From positions 6,512,001 to 6,576,000 of the forward strand of contig NW_024704761.1 in assembly GCF_018977255.1 (NCBI RefSeq): a stretch of DNA of 64,000 nt, written 5' to 3'. The position numbers and the translations under genes are program-made. The DNA comes from Callorhinchus milii (taxonomy: Eukaryota). The notes under the pieces are model-generated. The model had not been told where the DNA came from. It made no database searches and worked only from the letters and a program-made list of their open reading frames with translations. The stretch's first letter is position 1; each line of letters begins with the position of its first letter. Below are positions 11,619 to 23,440 of the stretch, in pieces.

Positions 11619-13869
11619 ACCTGCCAATGGATGACGCCCGAGAACATACTCCGAGATTATCACCTTCGGAAACTCTCTTCTCGCAACGTCTCAGTTGCCA
11701 AATAAATTATTTCCCCCTCCCTCTTTCCTTCCTACCTCCTCCCTCTTCCACACACACAAAAAAAATTGTTATTTTGACAATAACTTTGGACCCGTTTTAA
11801 ATGGTGTCAGAATTTCTATTTAAAACACATTGGGAGCCTTGGTGGGGCAAATAGCCGACTCGGTTGCACACAAAAGCAGGCACTATACTTGACAGCAACT
11901 ACTTGTGAAGCACTTTGAGATGTTTTGAGATAAGGTGCTATAACAAAGCAAGTTCTTCCCCGCTTTTTTTTCCCCTGTGCTTAGCACTCGGCTGCTTTGC
12001 TTGGAGCCATATGGTAGGATACAAAGCGAATTAAGAGACAGGAATATAAAGTCAATATGCAAAACCAGTGACAGCCTGCTTTCCTAAATTAGGAAAAGGT
12101 TACTTAATTTGCTATCAACAAGAATTTAATTAGTCACACTAACATTAAACACGCCACATCAGCTGGTGCTAAAGACAACAGCGACTTTGATGTTCGTGTG
12201 CTTCTGATAAATTTCAGATCTTTGTGAGAAACCTTTACCGGCCTTTAATTCACACCACGACTTCTATCTACATAAGGCAGGGTGAGATGGAGGTTTGCGT
12301 GACAGAGTGAGTGAGGCAACTGTGCTTTACTCACAAAGTTAACAGGAAGATTTTTGCATGCCAGAGCTCGCATCTGGGAGCAGTTGTTCAACTAGGGTCA
12401 CTTCACTGCCACGCAATCTGTAGAGGGTGGAAGAGTTGTGCCCTGTGAGTTTGCAGGTAACCTGCAATGCACACAACAGCCACTTTATGGCTAATTTGAC
12501 CAGAAACATGTTAACAAGTTGGCCACCTTTACATAGCCCTCATCGAAAATGTCAGTGCATAATTCCTACCTCTCCTGCTGCCTAAAAAAAATATCCCCCA
12601 TGGGGAACAAAGGGGTTCAATGATTTAGAGTTTAATGATTACCACCAGTGGTACTTCAACAATCGTCAATAGAACCGCTGGGTTCCAGTTCATATCATTT
12701 TGCTTCTATATGTCTCTGTCTCCCAATACCCTTCCCACGCAGATGTTTATTCCCTTTTTTGTTTTGTTGGGAAAATTAAATGGAATGCGTCCGATTTCTA
12801 GCCCCACTTAAGGCTTTCGAAATTGAAAGCTGCACATTTTCATTGCACCTGCGCAGTCAAAGTCAAATGATATTGAATGCGCCTGTTTCCTGCTCTATCA
12901 TTTGAAAGACCCCGATTGATATTTTTTTCTCTAGTGAAGAGCCTCGTCACTACAATCGAATTAGTAAATCTCTGAATCATCGCTGTGCTCGTTAAAGTCT
13001 CTCCACTGAGTGGGATTTTGATTGGAACGCAAATGGTGAATTCCGACATTGGGTGACTTCTCTCCCCACGCCCTGCCGGTGCAGAGATCAAATTAAAAAA
13101 AAATGTTGCAAATTCAGACATATTCCATCGTTCCTGCAATATGTTTATCTCTCATTTTCAAGTAACAGAAACTGAAAGCTGCAAGAGGATACAAAATCAT
13201 CGAACTGTAATGACAGCGAATTAAATCAGATTTAGGAGCAGAGACTAGGACAATATTGTTCTCTCTCTGGTGGAACATGAATAGACAGAACTTGCATAAG
13301 TTTAATAAAGATTTATCAGATAGATTCAAATAGTTACAACCCACTTTAAGCAGTGTTCTAAACTAGACACCAGTGACTTACTTAACTAAGGGACATTTCG
13401 GCCTCTAACAAGCTAGCTATTAACAACAAAGGCTCCCCAGCTCATAAAACCGGTTTACTTGAAGTACATCATTAAAATGTTCCTCAATAAAACGTCCATA
13501 GTAAAAATGAAGGGAATTGAAAGCAATCCAGTCCTTAATCAAGTGATGGGCCTGTCATAAAAGGGTTTGCATTAAACAGAAATGAAAGCACTAATACACA
13601 CTGCATTGAGAATGACTCAGTAATGATCTGCTAAAAAAGAAACCTAGCAATTAGATAGGAACATTTGATGAGTTCAACATTTGAATTGTCAAAATCTAAA
13701 GTTAATTTGACAGGGGCATTGTGAGAGCTCATTTGGTCTCTGCAGTACAAGGATGAAACTGGCATGAGACTCGGAGCCAGAGAAGAAAAGCAAACCATCA
13801 CGTACAACACATGCACTTAGTCAATTTAACCTGACAAAAAGAGATGCAAACTCATGACAGCTAAAAAGA

Positions 13870-13958
13870 CTTTGTGGGACACTGCTGTGCGCAATTTGCT
13901 GCCGCATTTCGCCTGCATAATTTCATGGCATTATATCAAACGCAAGGATTATTATTAT
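13870..13958 (+). mobile_element. SINE fragment with internal deletion
   Basis: tttgtgggacactgctgtgcgcaatttgctgccgc...caaggattattatt. Confidence 0.75.
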
Positions 13959-14299
13959 ATGTAGCACAGAAACAGACCATCGCCAAAAAAGACACCAGAG
14001 CCAGAAAATACAACTTCAAAAAGTTATATGAGCCAAATGAAATTGTGTATTGTATTGCATCAACATTGCCATGTAAAATGGATTCAAACGACAACTCCAC
14101 CACCATTCAACACACAGAAAAAAGGGAATTGAGTCAAACAGTTTGGCCAACACATCAACTGTTGTGCTCACAATAAGGATGGCAGGCAGATTGGTGGCCT
14201 GACTTTAGACTTAAATTTTGCCGTTTATTTTATAATCTGACCCCTCAAATGGATTTTACTCCCAGGAACCTGGCCACGCAATTAATATAATTACTGATA

Positions 14300-14378
14300 A
14301 TTGAGGTACAGATCAGCCATGATTCAATAGAATGGAGGATCAGGCTCAAGGGGCTGAATGGCCTCCTCCTGTTCTGAT
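14300..14378 (+). mobile_element. CR1-type LINE 3' end
   Basis: cagatcagccatgat...gaatgg...aggctcaaggggctgaatggcctcctcctgttc; typical chondrichthyan CR1 3' UTR, also seen near 44230. Confidence 0.75.
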
Positions 14379-14614
14379 GACGTTCAAGATAACGTAGGTC
14401 CGATTGGGCTGAAGTTTCTGTCAGGGTCACGCATGGCGCCTTTGGCGACCTGTGATTACTTAATGGGAAGATCCTGGTTTATACAGTTGGCATTATCAAA
14501 GACGCTGCCTGTCATCTGACCAGAATTCTAGCTGAAATGTACAAAAAAAAGTGCAGGATTAGCATTGCTCGGTATAATTCTTGTCACTCCAGCCTTCACT
14601 CTTGTGAGAGTTTC

Positions 14615-14743
14615 ACAGTCAATTCACTTTACAGTATATTGTGTATTATTATCATTATTAGTTATTATTTTATTGTTGTATGAAGCGTTTTGAGGATTCT
14701 CAGTGATATGATAAGGTGTTATATCACATACAAGGATTATTAT
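14615..14743 (+). mobile_element. SINE tail fragment
   Basis: acagtcaattcactttacagtatatt...gataaggtgttatatc...aaggattattat. Confidence 0.7.
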
Positions 14744-16076
14744 GAAAAGATGCTTCCCTACAATTAATGACAATACCCCTTTTTTTGTCACATGGAGATT
14801 AACCTAGACACTGGTCCCTCCACTGATCATTTGCCCAGACATGATTGTGGGTGCAGACGGGTAACAGATAATAGGTTACAGATGGCGTCAAAGCACAGAT
14901 CAGGGCTTTGGGCTACTACCTGGTAAGGGTGGGAACAACTAGAGGGCTATCTCGCCCTTGACCAGTCTTGTGTTGCTTCCGGTGACGAGTTAGAGAGCTC
15001 CAGCGGTGGTCTGGATCCTGGCTTGTAGCCAGTGCTCCCAGCCAGTGTCAGAGGTGCAAACACCAAAGACATAACAAAGAAGGAAGACAATATTCAAGTT
15101 GGGGGTTAAAAAAAATGCGACAAATCAAGAGATTATAAAATCTATTCCCCTGTTTTGCGTATAGTAACACTAATAATAATAACCTTTGCATTTGATATAG
15201 CACCTTGACCGTATATTTTGTGGGCGAAACCCATAATTATCCAGTAATTTGTAAGGTTTGTGGAGATGTGCTGCAGAGAGTAACATCAACCTCAGGGGTG
15301 CAGTGACCTACAAATCAGTTTTGGGTTTATAGTATCATCAAAGTCTTTCGATTGCATTCTAGATTGTTTTTTTTTAAAAAACGTACTTCCACTCAACATT
15401 TTTTTTCTGTACACAATTTACATTCAGAATGGTTTGCTGCCGTAGAATAGCAATTTCTCTTTCCGTTTAGGATGTCTGCAGCCCTCAGCTGTTGTGCAAA
15501 ATAAGAAACCGCAAACAAGTCTGAGTGTAGTTATACTTTGCTACAGGTTTCAATTTGATTTCAAGACAGAAATCAAATTATTAAATCAGGGAGATATGAT
15601 AGCAGTTATATGCCTGCATGCATGTCACTGAGACCTTCTTGATCAGCAGTTACTTGTAGGAAATATTTGGTCACTGCTCTCTTTCTATGCTGTAATTCTG
15701 TGATCTCGTGGGCTATAAATATAGAAGTTATTAGTGGGTGAAACGGAGTGGGGCTACTTCCCAGGAGAGAAATGCCACCCGGTCTAGCTTTACTCTATCT
15801 TCTTAACATTTCAGAGCATCCGGAACTTGGGAAGTTGTTCAGTTCAGTCTTTACACTGGAGCCAGTTTTTCGTAGTTCTTTGAATGAGTTAATGAGTTAA
15901 TGCACAAAAAGTCTTCCTACTTTGGGATTGAGATGGCAATCCACATGCATAGTTCCTTTCCTCAACAATCACTTAGTTCTCATTAAAGACCCAATTATAG
16001 TAAAATATTTCCTGATTTCTGCATGTAAATTTTTGATCTCGGCACATCGTTTGACAAATAAAAGATTTTCCCAAGG

Positions 16077-16406
16077 ATAATAATAATAATAATAATCCTT
16101 GCATTTGATATAGCGCTTTTCACGTCAGGAGGACGTCCCAAAGCGCTTCACAGAATATACTGTAAAGTGAATTGACTGTATATTTGTAGGCGAACGCGGT
16201 AGCCAATTGCGCACAGCAATGTCCCACAAACAGTCATGGATTGAAAGTGACCAATTTTTTATTATTGTTTTTTTTTGGAGGGATTATTATTAGGCTCTGT
16301 GTGGAGTAAGGAAACTTGCCCAAGGTTTCGCCCTGACCTGCCGGGGATTGAACTCAGGTCTCTTGCTTGCAAAGCGAGTGCTCTAACCACTGAGCTACAG
16401 GACTCC
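16077..16406 (-). mobile_element. tRNA-Ala-headed SINE, short subfamily, full length
   Basis: Runs from the (AAT)n tail to gagctacaggactcc. Confidence 0.93.
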
Positions 16407-16425
16407 ACTAAGGATTAACTAGAAT

Positions 16426-16737
16426 GGAGTCCTGTAGCTCAGTGGTTATAGAACTCGTCTCGCAAGCGAGAAACGTGGGTTCAATTCCCGACAGGGCAAA
16501 ACCTTGGGCAAGTTTCCTTACTCCACATACCTGATAATAATTCAAGATAAAAAACAATAATAAATTGGTCACTTCAATCCACGACTGTTTGTGGGACACT
16601 GCTGTGTGCCATTGGCTGCTGCGTTTCGCCTACAAATATACAGTCAATTCACTTTACAATATATTCTGTGAAGGGCTTTGAGACATCTAGAAGACACGAT
16701 AAGGTGCTGTATCAAATGCAAGTTATTATTATTATTA
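16426..16737 (+). mobile_element. tRNA-Ala-headed SINE, short subfamily, full length
   Basis: GGAGTCCTGTAGCTCAGTGG...GGGTTCAATTCCCG...AAATGCAAG(TTA)n. Confidence 0.93.
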
Positions 16738-16959
16738 CAGAATCCTGTATCTCTCCCAATCTACACTTTAATAAAGATTTCAGTGCAGAGACCTTGAAGC
16801 CTGTGCCTGTAACATCCCATCAAGAATACCGAATAAGGTATCAGCTATCATCTTCACAGTTTCTAGCACAGCCTCTTTAGGGCCAGATACAAAAATCGGT
16901 AAGATAAGTGTTGCTAATACAGTGATGGATTTCACTATTTAAGAGTAGAAATGGGCCAG

Positions 16960-17356
16960 GTGTCAGCCTGGCTCAGGCAGTAGCACTCCCACCTCTGAGT
17001 CAGAAGGTTGTGGGTTCAAGCCCCACATCAAGACTTTGAGCTAAGTCTATGTTGAATCTTCAGTGTATTGCTGGCGACATCCTTTGGATGAGATGTTAAG
17101 CCATGGCTGCTTGTTCAGGTGGGCGTTAAAGATCTCATGGGACTATTGGAAGAAAGAAGGGAGTTTTGCCCAGTTCCTGGGGAATAATGCCCTCTCCCCA
17201 GATAATATTGATCATTCATTTCACGGCTGCTATGGGCAAATTGGCTGCCACATTCGCCTACAATATACAATCACTGCGCTTTACAGTAAATCCTGTGAAG
17301 CACTTGGAGATGTTCTCTTGATGTGAGAAGGTCCAGATAGTAAATGCAAGAATCTT
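16960..17356 (+). mobile_element. DeuSINE (SacSINE1-like), near full length, diverged
   Basis: tRNA-like head tggctcag...tagcactc...ctctgagtcagaaggttgtgggttcaagcccca; Deu-like middle cctttggatgagatgttaa...caggtgggcgttaaagatctcatgggactatt; L2-like tail ending taaatgcaag. Compared from memory with the shark SacSINE1 consensus. Confidence 0.78.
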
Positions 17357-17705
17357 CATGATAAAAGAAATAGATGAGGCAACTTTACTGATTCTCCGTG
17401 AGGCGAGGTAGGAAGAGGTCCTTGAATCAAGTCCACATTTAATTTCCGCACTAAAAGCCCAAACTCCAACTCTCTTTCCACTTTTGCTGCTAACCAGGTG
17501 TAAATGCAGTTGCAAGGAGATATTACTTTGATTGAAAAAGTTAGCATTGTGCTGATTTATTGCTTGATCACAGAACATTTCACTCATTCTTTAATCTGAC
17601 AAGCTTGTCAAAAACGTATGCATGACAGAATGATACATTGTACCCTGTCCAATGAAAGTTTTTTTACATTCACAAAATTACAGTAACCGTTGATAAATGC
17701 TGATT

Positions 17706-18080
17706 ATAATAATAATAATCCTTGCATTTGATATAGCGCCTTATCCCGTCTTTGAGACGTCTCAAAGAGCTTCACAGAATATATTGTGAAAGCGAATTGA
17801 CTGTATCGTTTGTGGGCGAAACACGGCAGCCAATTGCACACAGCAGTGTCCCACAAACAGTCTTGGATTGAGTGAGCAAATTATTATTTAATTTTTTGAA
17901 GAGATTATTACCCCTGGAAAAACAATCCGCCAATCGACTAACAACAGGTTTCCTACTTACTGCTAGGTAAACAGAAGCGTGTGGCTTAAGGAAACTTGCC
18001 CAATGTTTCGCACTGCCCGGGAATTGAACCCAGGTCCTCTTGCTTGTGAGGCAAATGCTCTAACCATAAGCTACAGGACT
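17706..18080 (-). mobile_element. tRNA-headed SINE, long subfamily, full length
   Basis: Runs from the (AAT)n tail to agctacaggact and includes the ggtaaacag...aatcgactaacaac segment. Confidence 0.92.
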
Positions 18081-18519
18081 GTAGTTGTATAAAATCCCTG
18101 ATTAGGCAATGGATAAAAATGGCAAATCTTTGATTTTATGGATCACTGCAGTGAGAACGAAAGACATTTCTCAAATTGATAAGATTTAACTCACATTATA
18201 CTTGCCTGATGAGGCTTTCTCTCTGAGGCCTCGATATACCAGCACTGGACCAAATGCCTCATCTATTTATTTATGTAAATGTTATTATGAAAATATGGCT
18301 TTTATAAATATTATAATTGATTTACTGTTTAATAATTTCTCCGGAAATTCCCAAAACTTTTGTCCCTGTAAACTGAATGAAATATCTCGCTTTGAAATTT
18401 AAAATAAGAAACTAAATATTGAAACTGAAAAATCAACCTTGTTGAGCTCCCCTGTCAGCCACCCCCATAAAAAAATACACTGCAACCAATATTATACGAT
18501 GCCCCAGCTTCCAAATAAC

Positions 18520-18615
18520 AATATTAATAATCCTTTGATATAGCGCCTTATCGGGTCGTTGAGACACCTCAAAGCTCTTCACAGAATAGATTGTAAAGTG
18601 AATTGACTGTGTCTT
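18520..18615 (-). mobile_element. SINE tail fragment
   Basis: aataatcctttgatatagcgccttat...ttcacagaata...aaagtgaattgactgt. Confidence 0.75.
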
Positions 18616-19616
18616 GAAGTGAATTCCCCACTATCTGTAAGTCGCAACCTTATTCTTGCTAGCATTTATTTAGTGAACGTTATCCTTTGGTTGTATTCTA
18701 GTGTATTATTCAAATCAGAAAAAGCTTTTTAAAGAGAACTGGAAATGGGAAGGAAAATCCTTGAGAATGGGTTACAACGTTTAGACCACACTTGGATTCT
18801 CAATTACTGGTATAAATGGGGGCATTAGTTACAGCGCTGCTCAACTTTGAATAATCTTAAAGCTTGAAATTCTGAAATCAGACAGCCAGCTCAGTTGGAG
18901 TTTGTTTCATGCCAAGCACTGGGTTTGGAGCCAGAGAATCTCAACTGAACCAAAATGGTCTTCAACATCAGGTTGACTTGTTTGTCCTTCAGCCAGTTGA
19001 CACAAGCGATCAGTTTTAATTAGGACTCCGCAAATGTGTACGTTTAAAATATTATCTGCGGCCAATCACTTGCTACAGAATGCTAAATCGAGTGCGTAGC
19101 AGGCTGGAATCTTCCCACGCTGAAGGATTTCTGCTGCATTTCCTGAATTAGTCAAATGACCTTTAAATATTTTATAACTCTTAATAGCAACCGGTTGAGT
19201 TGGCTGTTTTGCAACTCACTCTCGGATTAGGGCTGGAAACACAAATTCAACTGATTACCCACTTTATCCAGTTTGAAGGTAGCCCCACTCACAATTGAAA
19301 CCTGGTTCCAGAATACTTTGATCACAACGTTTAGAAGCAAAAGAAATATTAAATCATTTATCTTAAAACAATGGGCTGTATCCCCAATGTTATTATTGTA
19401 TGGTCATTTTTTAGAGCCAATATGGAACCTCACAAGAGAGGCTTTATGACGAAAGCTCTTCTGCCCATTGGATCTCATCTTTCCAGAAGGCACACTGTAT
19501 TGTCCTCCCCACACAGCATCAAGCTGTTTCTTTAAATTTCCTGGCCTCATCCATCCTTTCTGGCAACCTGTTGTTACCTGGGAAGTCAGGTTTCACCCCT
19601 GGCCTGGGCTGTTAGT

Positions 19617-19944
19617 TGTAATAACACCATTTGATATAACGTTTTATCACATTGTTGAGACGTTGCAAAGCATTTCACAGATCACACTGTAAAGTAAATT
19701 GACTGTATATTTCCGGGGGCTAAACTTGGCAGTTAATCGTGCACAGCAGTGTCCCACATATAGCCATAGACCCGAGTGACCAAATTACTATATTCATTTA
19801 TTTTTGTGGGATTATTACCCCTGGAAAGCGATTTGCCAATCAACCAACAACTGGGTTGCCACTCACTGCTAGATGAACAGAGGCGTGGAATAAGGAAACT
19901 TGCCTAAGGTTTGCCCTGCCCAGGAATCAAACCAGGGCCTCTCG
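19617..19944 (-). mobile_element. SINE, long subfamily, diverged
   Basis: catttgatataacg...cagcagtgtcccac...aaggaaacttgcctaaggtttgccctgcccaggaatcaaacc. Confidence 0.85.
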
Positions 19945-19964
19945 TTAGTAGATGGTAGTTGACA

Positions 19965-20090
19965 GTGGGTTGATCTCATCTTAGGGGAGGGAGCAGCAAA
20001 GGTTGGCCCAGTCAGCCTCAGCATATTTGAGGAAGGAAGGGGAGCGAAAATCAACCAGAGTACATCCTGCTGCTCGCTCTCTGGTGAGCC
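19965..20090 (+). mobile_element. Possible LF-SINE-like relic, highly diverged
   Basis: tgatctca...gcctcagc...ggaagg...aaaatcaaccag...tcctgctgctcgct follows the motif order seen at 59329-59540. Confidence 0.4.
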
Positions 20091-20297
20091 ATGTTGTAAG
20101 GTTGCACTGATTTATGGATGCTGGGCAACAAGAGCATCTGTTACAGCTGTGGTCAAATAATTTCTCAATACTTTCAATCCAGAACCACCAGAAGAACGTC
20201 GATTGGAATTAGATCTCACAGGGCACTGAGCAACTGTGGAGCAGGACGCAACATATGTCATCATCTTCAGAGAATAACAGGCATAAATAGCACTTAC

Positions 20298-20364
20298 GAT
20301 GCAGATTGAAAGGCTCGTTGGGCAAACAAACACAGTGCTCCTTGAAGTTGTCTTTTACAGTCTC
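20298..20364 (-). CDS. Candidate short exon (unverified)
   Basis: Acceptor ttattccttgttgctAG and donor ATC|GTAAGT; open in two frames (ETVKDNFKEHCVCLPNEPFNLH or DCKRQLQGALCLFAQRAFQSA). Confidence 0.22.
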
Positions 20365-20969
20365 CTAGCAACAAGGAATAACTTAGTTTGTATAATATTA
20401 TAAGAATGTTCATGGATGTGAATAATGATCTGACAACATGGCAGACTGCAGTCAAATAGACTAACCTGATATTTCTTCCTTTTTTTTCTACCGAATGACT
20501 TCTGGGACCAACAACAAAATCAATAGAAAACTCATTTTCTAAAAAGGCTGATAATTCACTTTTATTGAAGTGAATCATAATTATCCATTTCCTTCCCTTC
20601 CCTCCCCGAAAATATCTTTGAAGTTTTCCGGACTTCAATGGCAGCAACGGGCAACGAGAGGCGAAAAGCCCTACAGTGATGTTTAGCTATTACCATAGAA
20701 ATCACTGAAAGTCGGTCAGAAAATCAGGTTTTATTTCTGTAATATAACACTTCCTTCAGCTTTTATTAGCATTCTCTTCAATATCCCAAATAATACCTGT
20801 AAAACGCGATCCCATGACCATGTCTGCAGCATTCTTGTGAACAAAGTAATTTGCCAACGAAGCAATCTGTTTTCCTCCCTCTCTCCTGATCCAATGCGTT
20901 TTACAAAATTGTAACCTTTGCTGTCCAAATATTTTGAGGTGAGAGAGGGCAGCAGGCGGTTTTGAATTT

Positions 20970-21329
20970 ATAATAATCCTTGCATTTGATATAACACCTT
21001 ATCACAACTTCAAGACGTCTCAAAGCGCTTCACAGGATATACTGTAAAGTGAATTGACTGTATATTATGTGGGTGAAAGATGGCAGCCATTTGTGCACAG
21101 TGGTGTCCCGCAAACAGTCGTGGATTGAATGACCAATTTTTTTAAAGGGACTATTATCCCCTGAAAAGCGATCTGCCAATCGACTAACAACCGGGATCCT
21201 ACTTACTTTTAAGTTAACAGAGGTGTGTGAAGTAAGCAAACTTGTCCAACGTTTCACCCTGCCCGGGAATCAAATCCAGCTCCTCTCACTTGCGAGGCGA
21301 GTGCTCTAATCACTCAGCTACAGGACTCC
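20970..21329 (-). mobile_element. tRNA-headed SINE, long subfamily, full length
   Basis: Runs from the tail to cagctacaggactcc. Confidence 0.92.
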
Positions 21330-21332
21330 AAA

Positions 21333-21470
21333 TTGTTTGTGGGACATTACATTGCGCTAATTGGCTGCCGCGTTCACATACAAAATACACTCACTACACT
21401 CTATACTAAATCCTGTGAAGTGCTTTGAGATGTTTTGTCAATGTGATAAGGCGTGATAACAACGATTATA
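21333..21470 (+). mobile_element. SINE 3' fragment directly next to the head of the previous SINE
   Basis: ttgtttgtgggacatt...attggctgccgcgtt...gtgaagtgctttgagatg...gtgataaggcg. Confidence 0.75.
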
Positions 21471-22038
21471 ATCTTTTTTATTATCGGCAGCAAATTTGAT
21501 AGATTTGCTCTGATGCTGTGAATAGAAAAAGTCAACAAGCATGGTAAAATGTCAGTAACCTCGGAGAGAGAAATGTATTAAGTGCCTTCCCCAGTTAATT
21601 AATGTGATGAACTGTTTTGCATTTTACTTGATGACCCACATGTGCAAAGTCCCAATTTGTGACTATATTAAGCTCAGTGTAGCCAAGCTGGGGTGGGCTG
21701 ATGATAGGGTAAGTCACTGAATACTTGATGGCTTGAAGGTTATTAATTAAAGCTGCTTTGTTGCCAAGCCCAACCTGCAATATTATAGTATTGAAATGAA
21801 CCTGATTGTGAAAGCAATGTGAAAAATTACCGGAATGTGATATGGAGAAAAACGAAGATCAGAACAAAATGCAGAGCAACACTTTGTCTTCTATAAATGG
21901 AGTCTTGAAAGTTTGTGTGCTATGGCCTCGTCTGGCTGTCATTGTCCATCAATGGGTCTCTGTTTCATCACAAGATCGATTTGGGTGAAAAAGGCCCTTT
22001 GGTCTATCTGATCTCATCACTTCTGAACGCCCACTGTA

Positions 22039-22105
22039 CCATCATCCCAGGCATACGGACAAGGTTAATCTTGATGCAAGATTAACCTTGTCGTGTCTGT
22101 GATGG
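22039..22105. repeat. Inverted repeat (hairpin)
   Basis: Perfect 16-bp stem GACAAGGTTAATCTTG-atg-CAAGATTAACCTTGTC (22058-22092), extended imperfectly to CCATCA/TGATGG. Confidence 0.85.
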
Positions 22106-22313
22106 ATCCAGATTAACCTTTAAGAGTTCCATATACCAGTTTGTTGACCGTTTTTTAAAAAATAGGGCTTTGAATGTGGAAAAAAATCTGAAAAATAAAG
22201 TGGATATTCACATTTTTTAAAACAAAAGTTATAGAATGTGTTAAATCATATTTGGTAGATTAAAACTAAAACTAGAAATTGTGGGAAGTATAGGTGCAGT
22301 GACACTTTACTTA

Positions 22314-22415
22314 TCATAGAATTTTACAGCACAGAAGGAGGCCATTCGGCCTGCACTGGCTCTTTGCAAGAGCTATTCCAATTACTCCTAGCCCCCCGCT
22401 CTTTCCCCATAGCCA
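22314..22415 (-). mobile_element. CR1-type LINE 3' end
   Basis: catagaattttacagcacagaaggaggccattcggcc...gctctttccccatagcc. Confidence 0.75.
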
Positions 22416-22754
22416 AACCTTTGCTTCATTTCAAAGAAAAATGGATTTTTTTTTCATGTAAGAGCTCTATTTATATAGCTTAACTTGAACTGAAACACCA
22501 AATTATTACATTTTCAGTTTGAAAAAACGTATAACCATGCCCAAATATCCAGAACATTATTACCTTCCACTGCAAGCAGTGGGTCTGTATATTTGCTTTG
22601 AGTTAAACAAAGTATTTTGTGAAATGCTATTGAAGTATATATAGATTTCAGATACCCTCAGGAGATGATTCTTCCCAAACCACATTTGCAGAGCTTTCCT
22701 TTTTATCCAACTCTGTTTAAACAATCACCATTAGAAGATTTTATCTGCAGATTT

Positions 22755-23440
22755 ACAACAAGAACAAAATTACATTTGTATAGCGCCTTTCATGTTGGGA
22801 GGACATCCCAAGGTGCTGGACAAAAAGAGTTTCGGACCAAGCTGGGGGTCAGGGTGTGTGTAGGGCAGTGGGGGGGATGGGAGATCGAAAGCACAGTCGA
22901 AGAGGAAGGTCTTGAGATGGGTCTTGAAGGAGGCAAGAGAGGGATCAAGATGGAGGGACTGCGGAATGGAGTTCCAGAGGGTGGGGGCAGAGTGGTAGAA
23001 GGCCCGCCCGCCAATAGTGAGACACGTGAGGGGGAGGATGTGAAGCGGCCAAAGCCTGCTGAGCGGAGGAAACGAGCAGGATGGTAGGGGGTTAGGAGGT
23101 CGCAGAGGTGGGGGGAGCAAGACCATGGAGAGCTTTGAAGGTGAGGACCAGAATCTTGAACTGTTTCCTCTGTGTGATGGGAAGTCAGTGGAGTTAGGCG
23201 AGGATGGGGTTGATAGGGTCATGGTGCCTGATGCGGGAGAGGACACAGGCTGCAGAGTTCTGGATGATCTGCAGCCTATGGAGTTGGAGAGGCCGACAAG
23301 CAATGAGTTTGCATAGTCAAGCCTCGATGTAATGAAAACAGGTATGAGGGTTTCGGTGGCCTTTGCTGTGAGACAGTGACGGAGCCGAGCGATGTTGCGG
23401 AGGTGGGGGAAGGTAGAGTGGGTCATGGCACAGATGTGGG
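22755..23440 (-). mobile_element. L2-clade LINE 3' fragment (ORF2 C-terminus plus 3' UTR), non-functional
   Basis: HLRNIARLR...ETLI..FITSRLDYANSLLVGL, then a frameshifted LHRLQIIQNSAACVL...LA*LH*LP...FKILVLTFKALHGLAP, then GGRAF..SAPTLWNSIP...FKTHLKTFLF. The 3' UTR ends aaaggcgctatacaaatgtaattttgttcttgttgt. Confidence 0.93.

Noticed and set aside
17597..17610. 14-bp palindromes TGACAAGCTTGTCA here and AACCGGTACCGGTT at 46835-46848
   Set aside because: A few palindromes of this length are expected by chance in 64 kb, and nothing else supports them.
22665..23087. 140-aa plus-strand ORF
   Set aside because: It is the antisense reading of the same L2 fragment.
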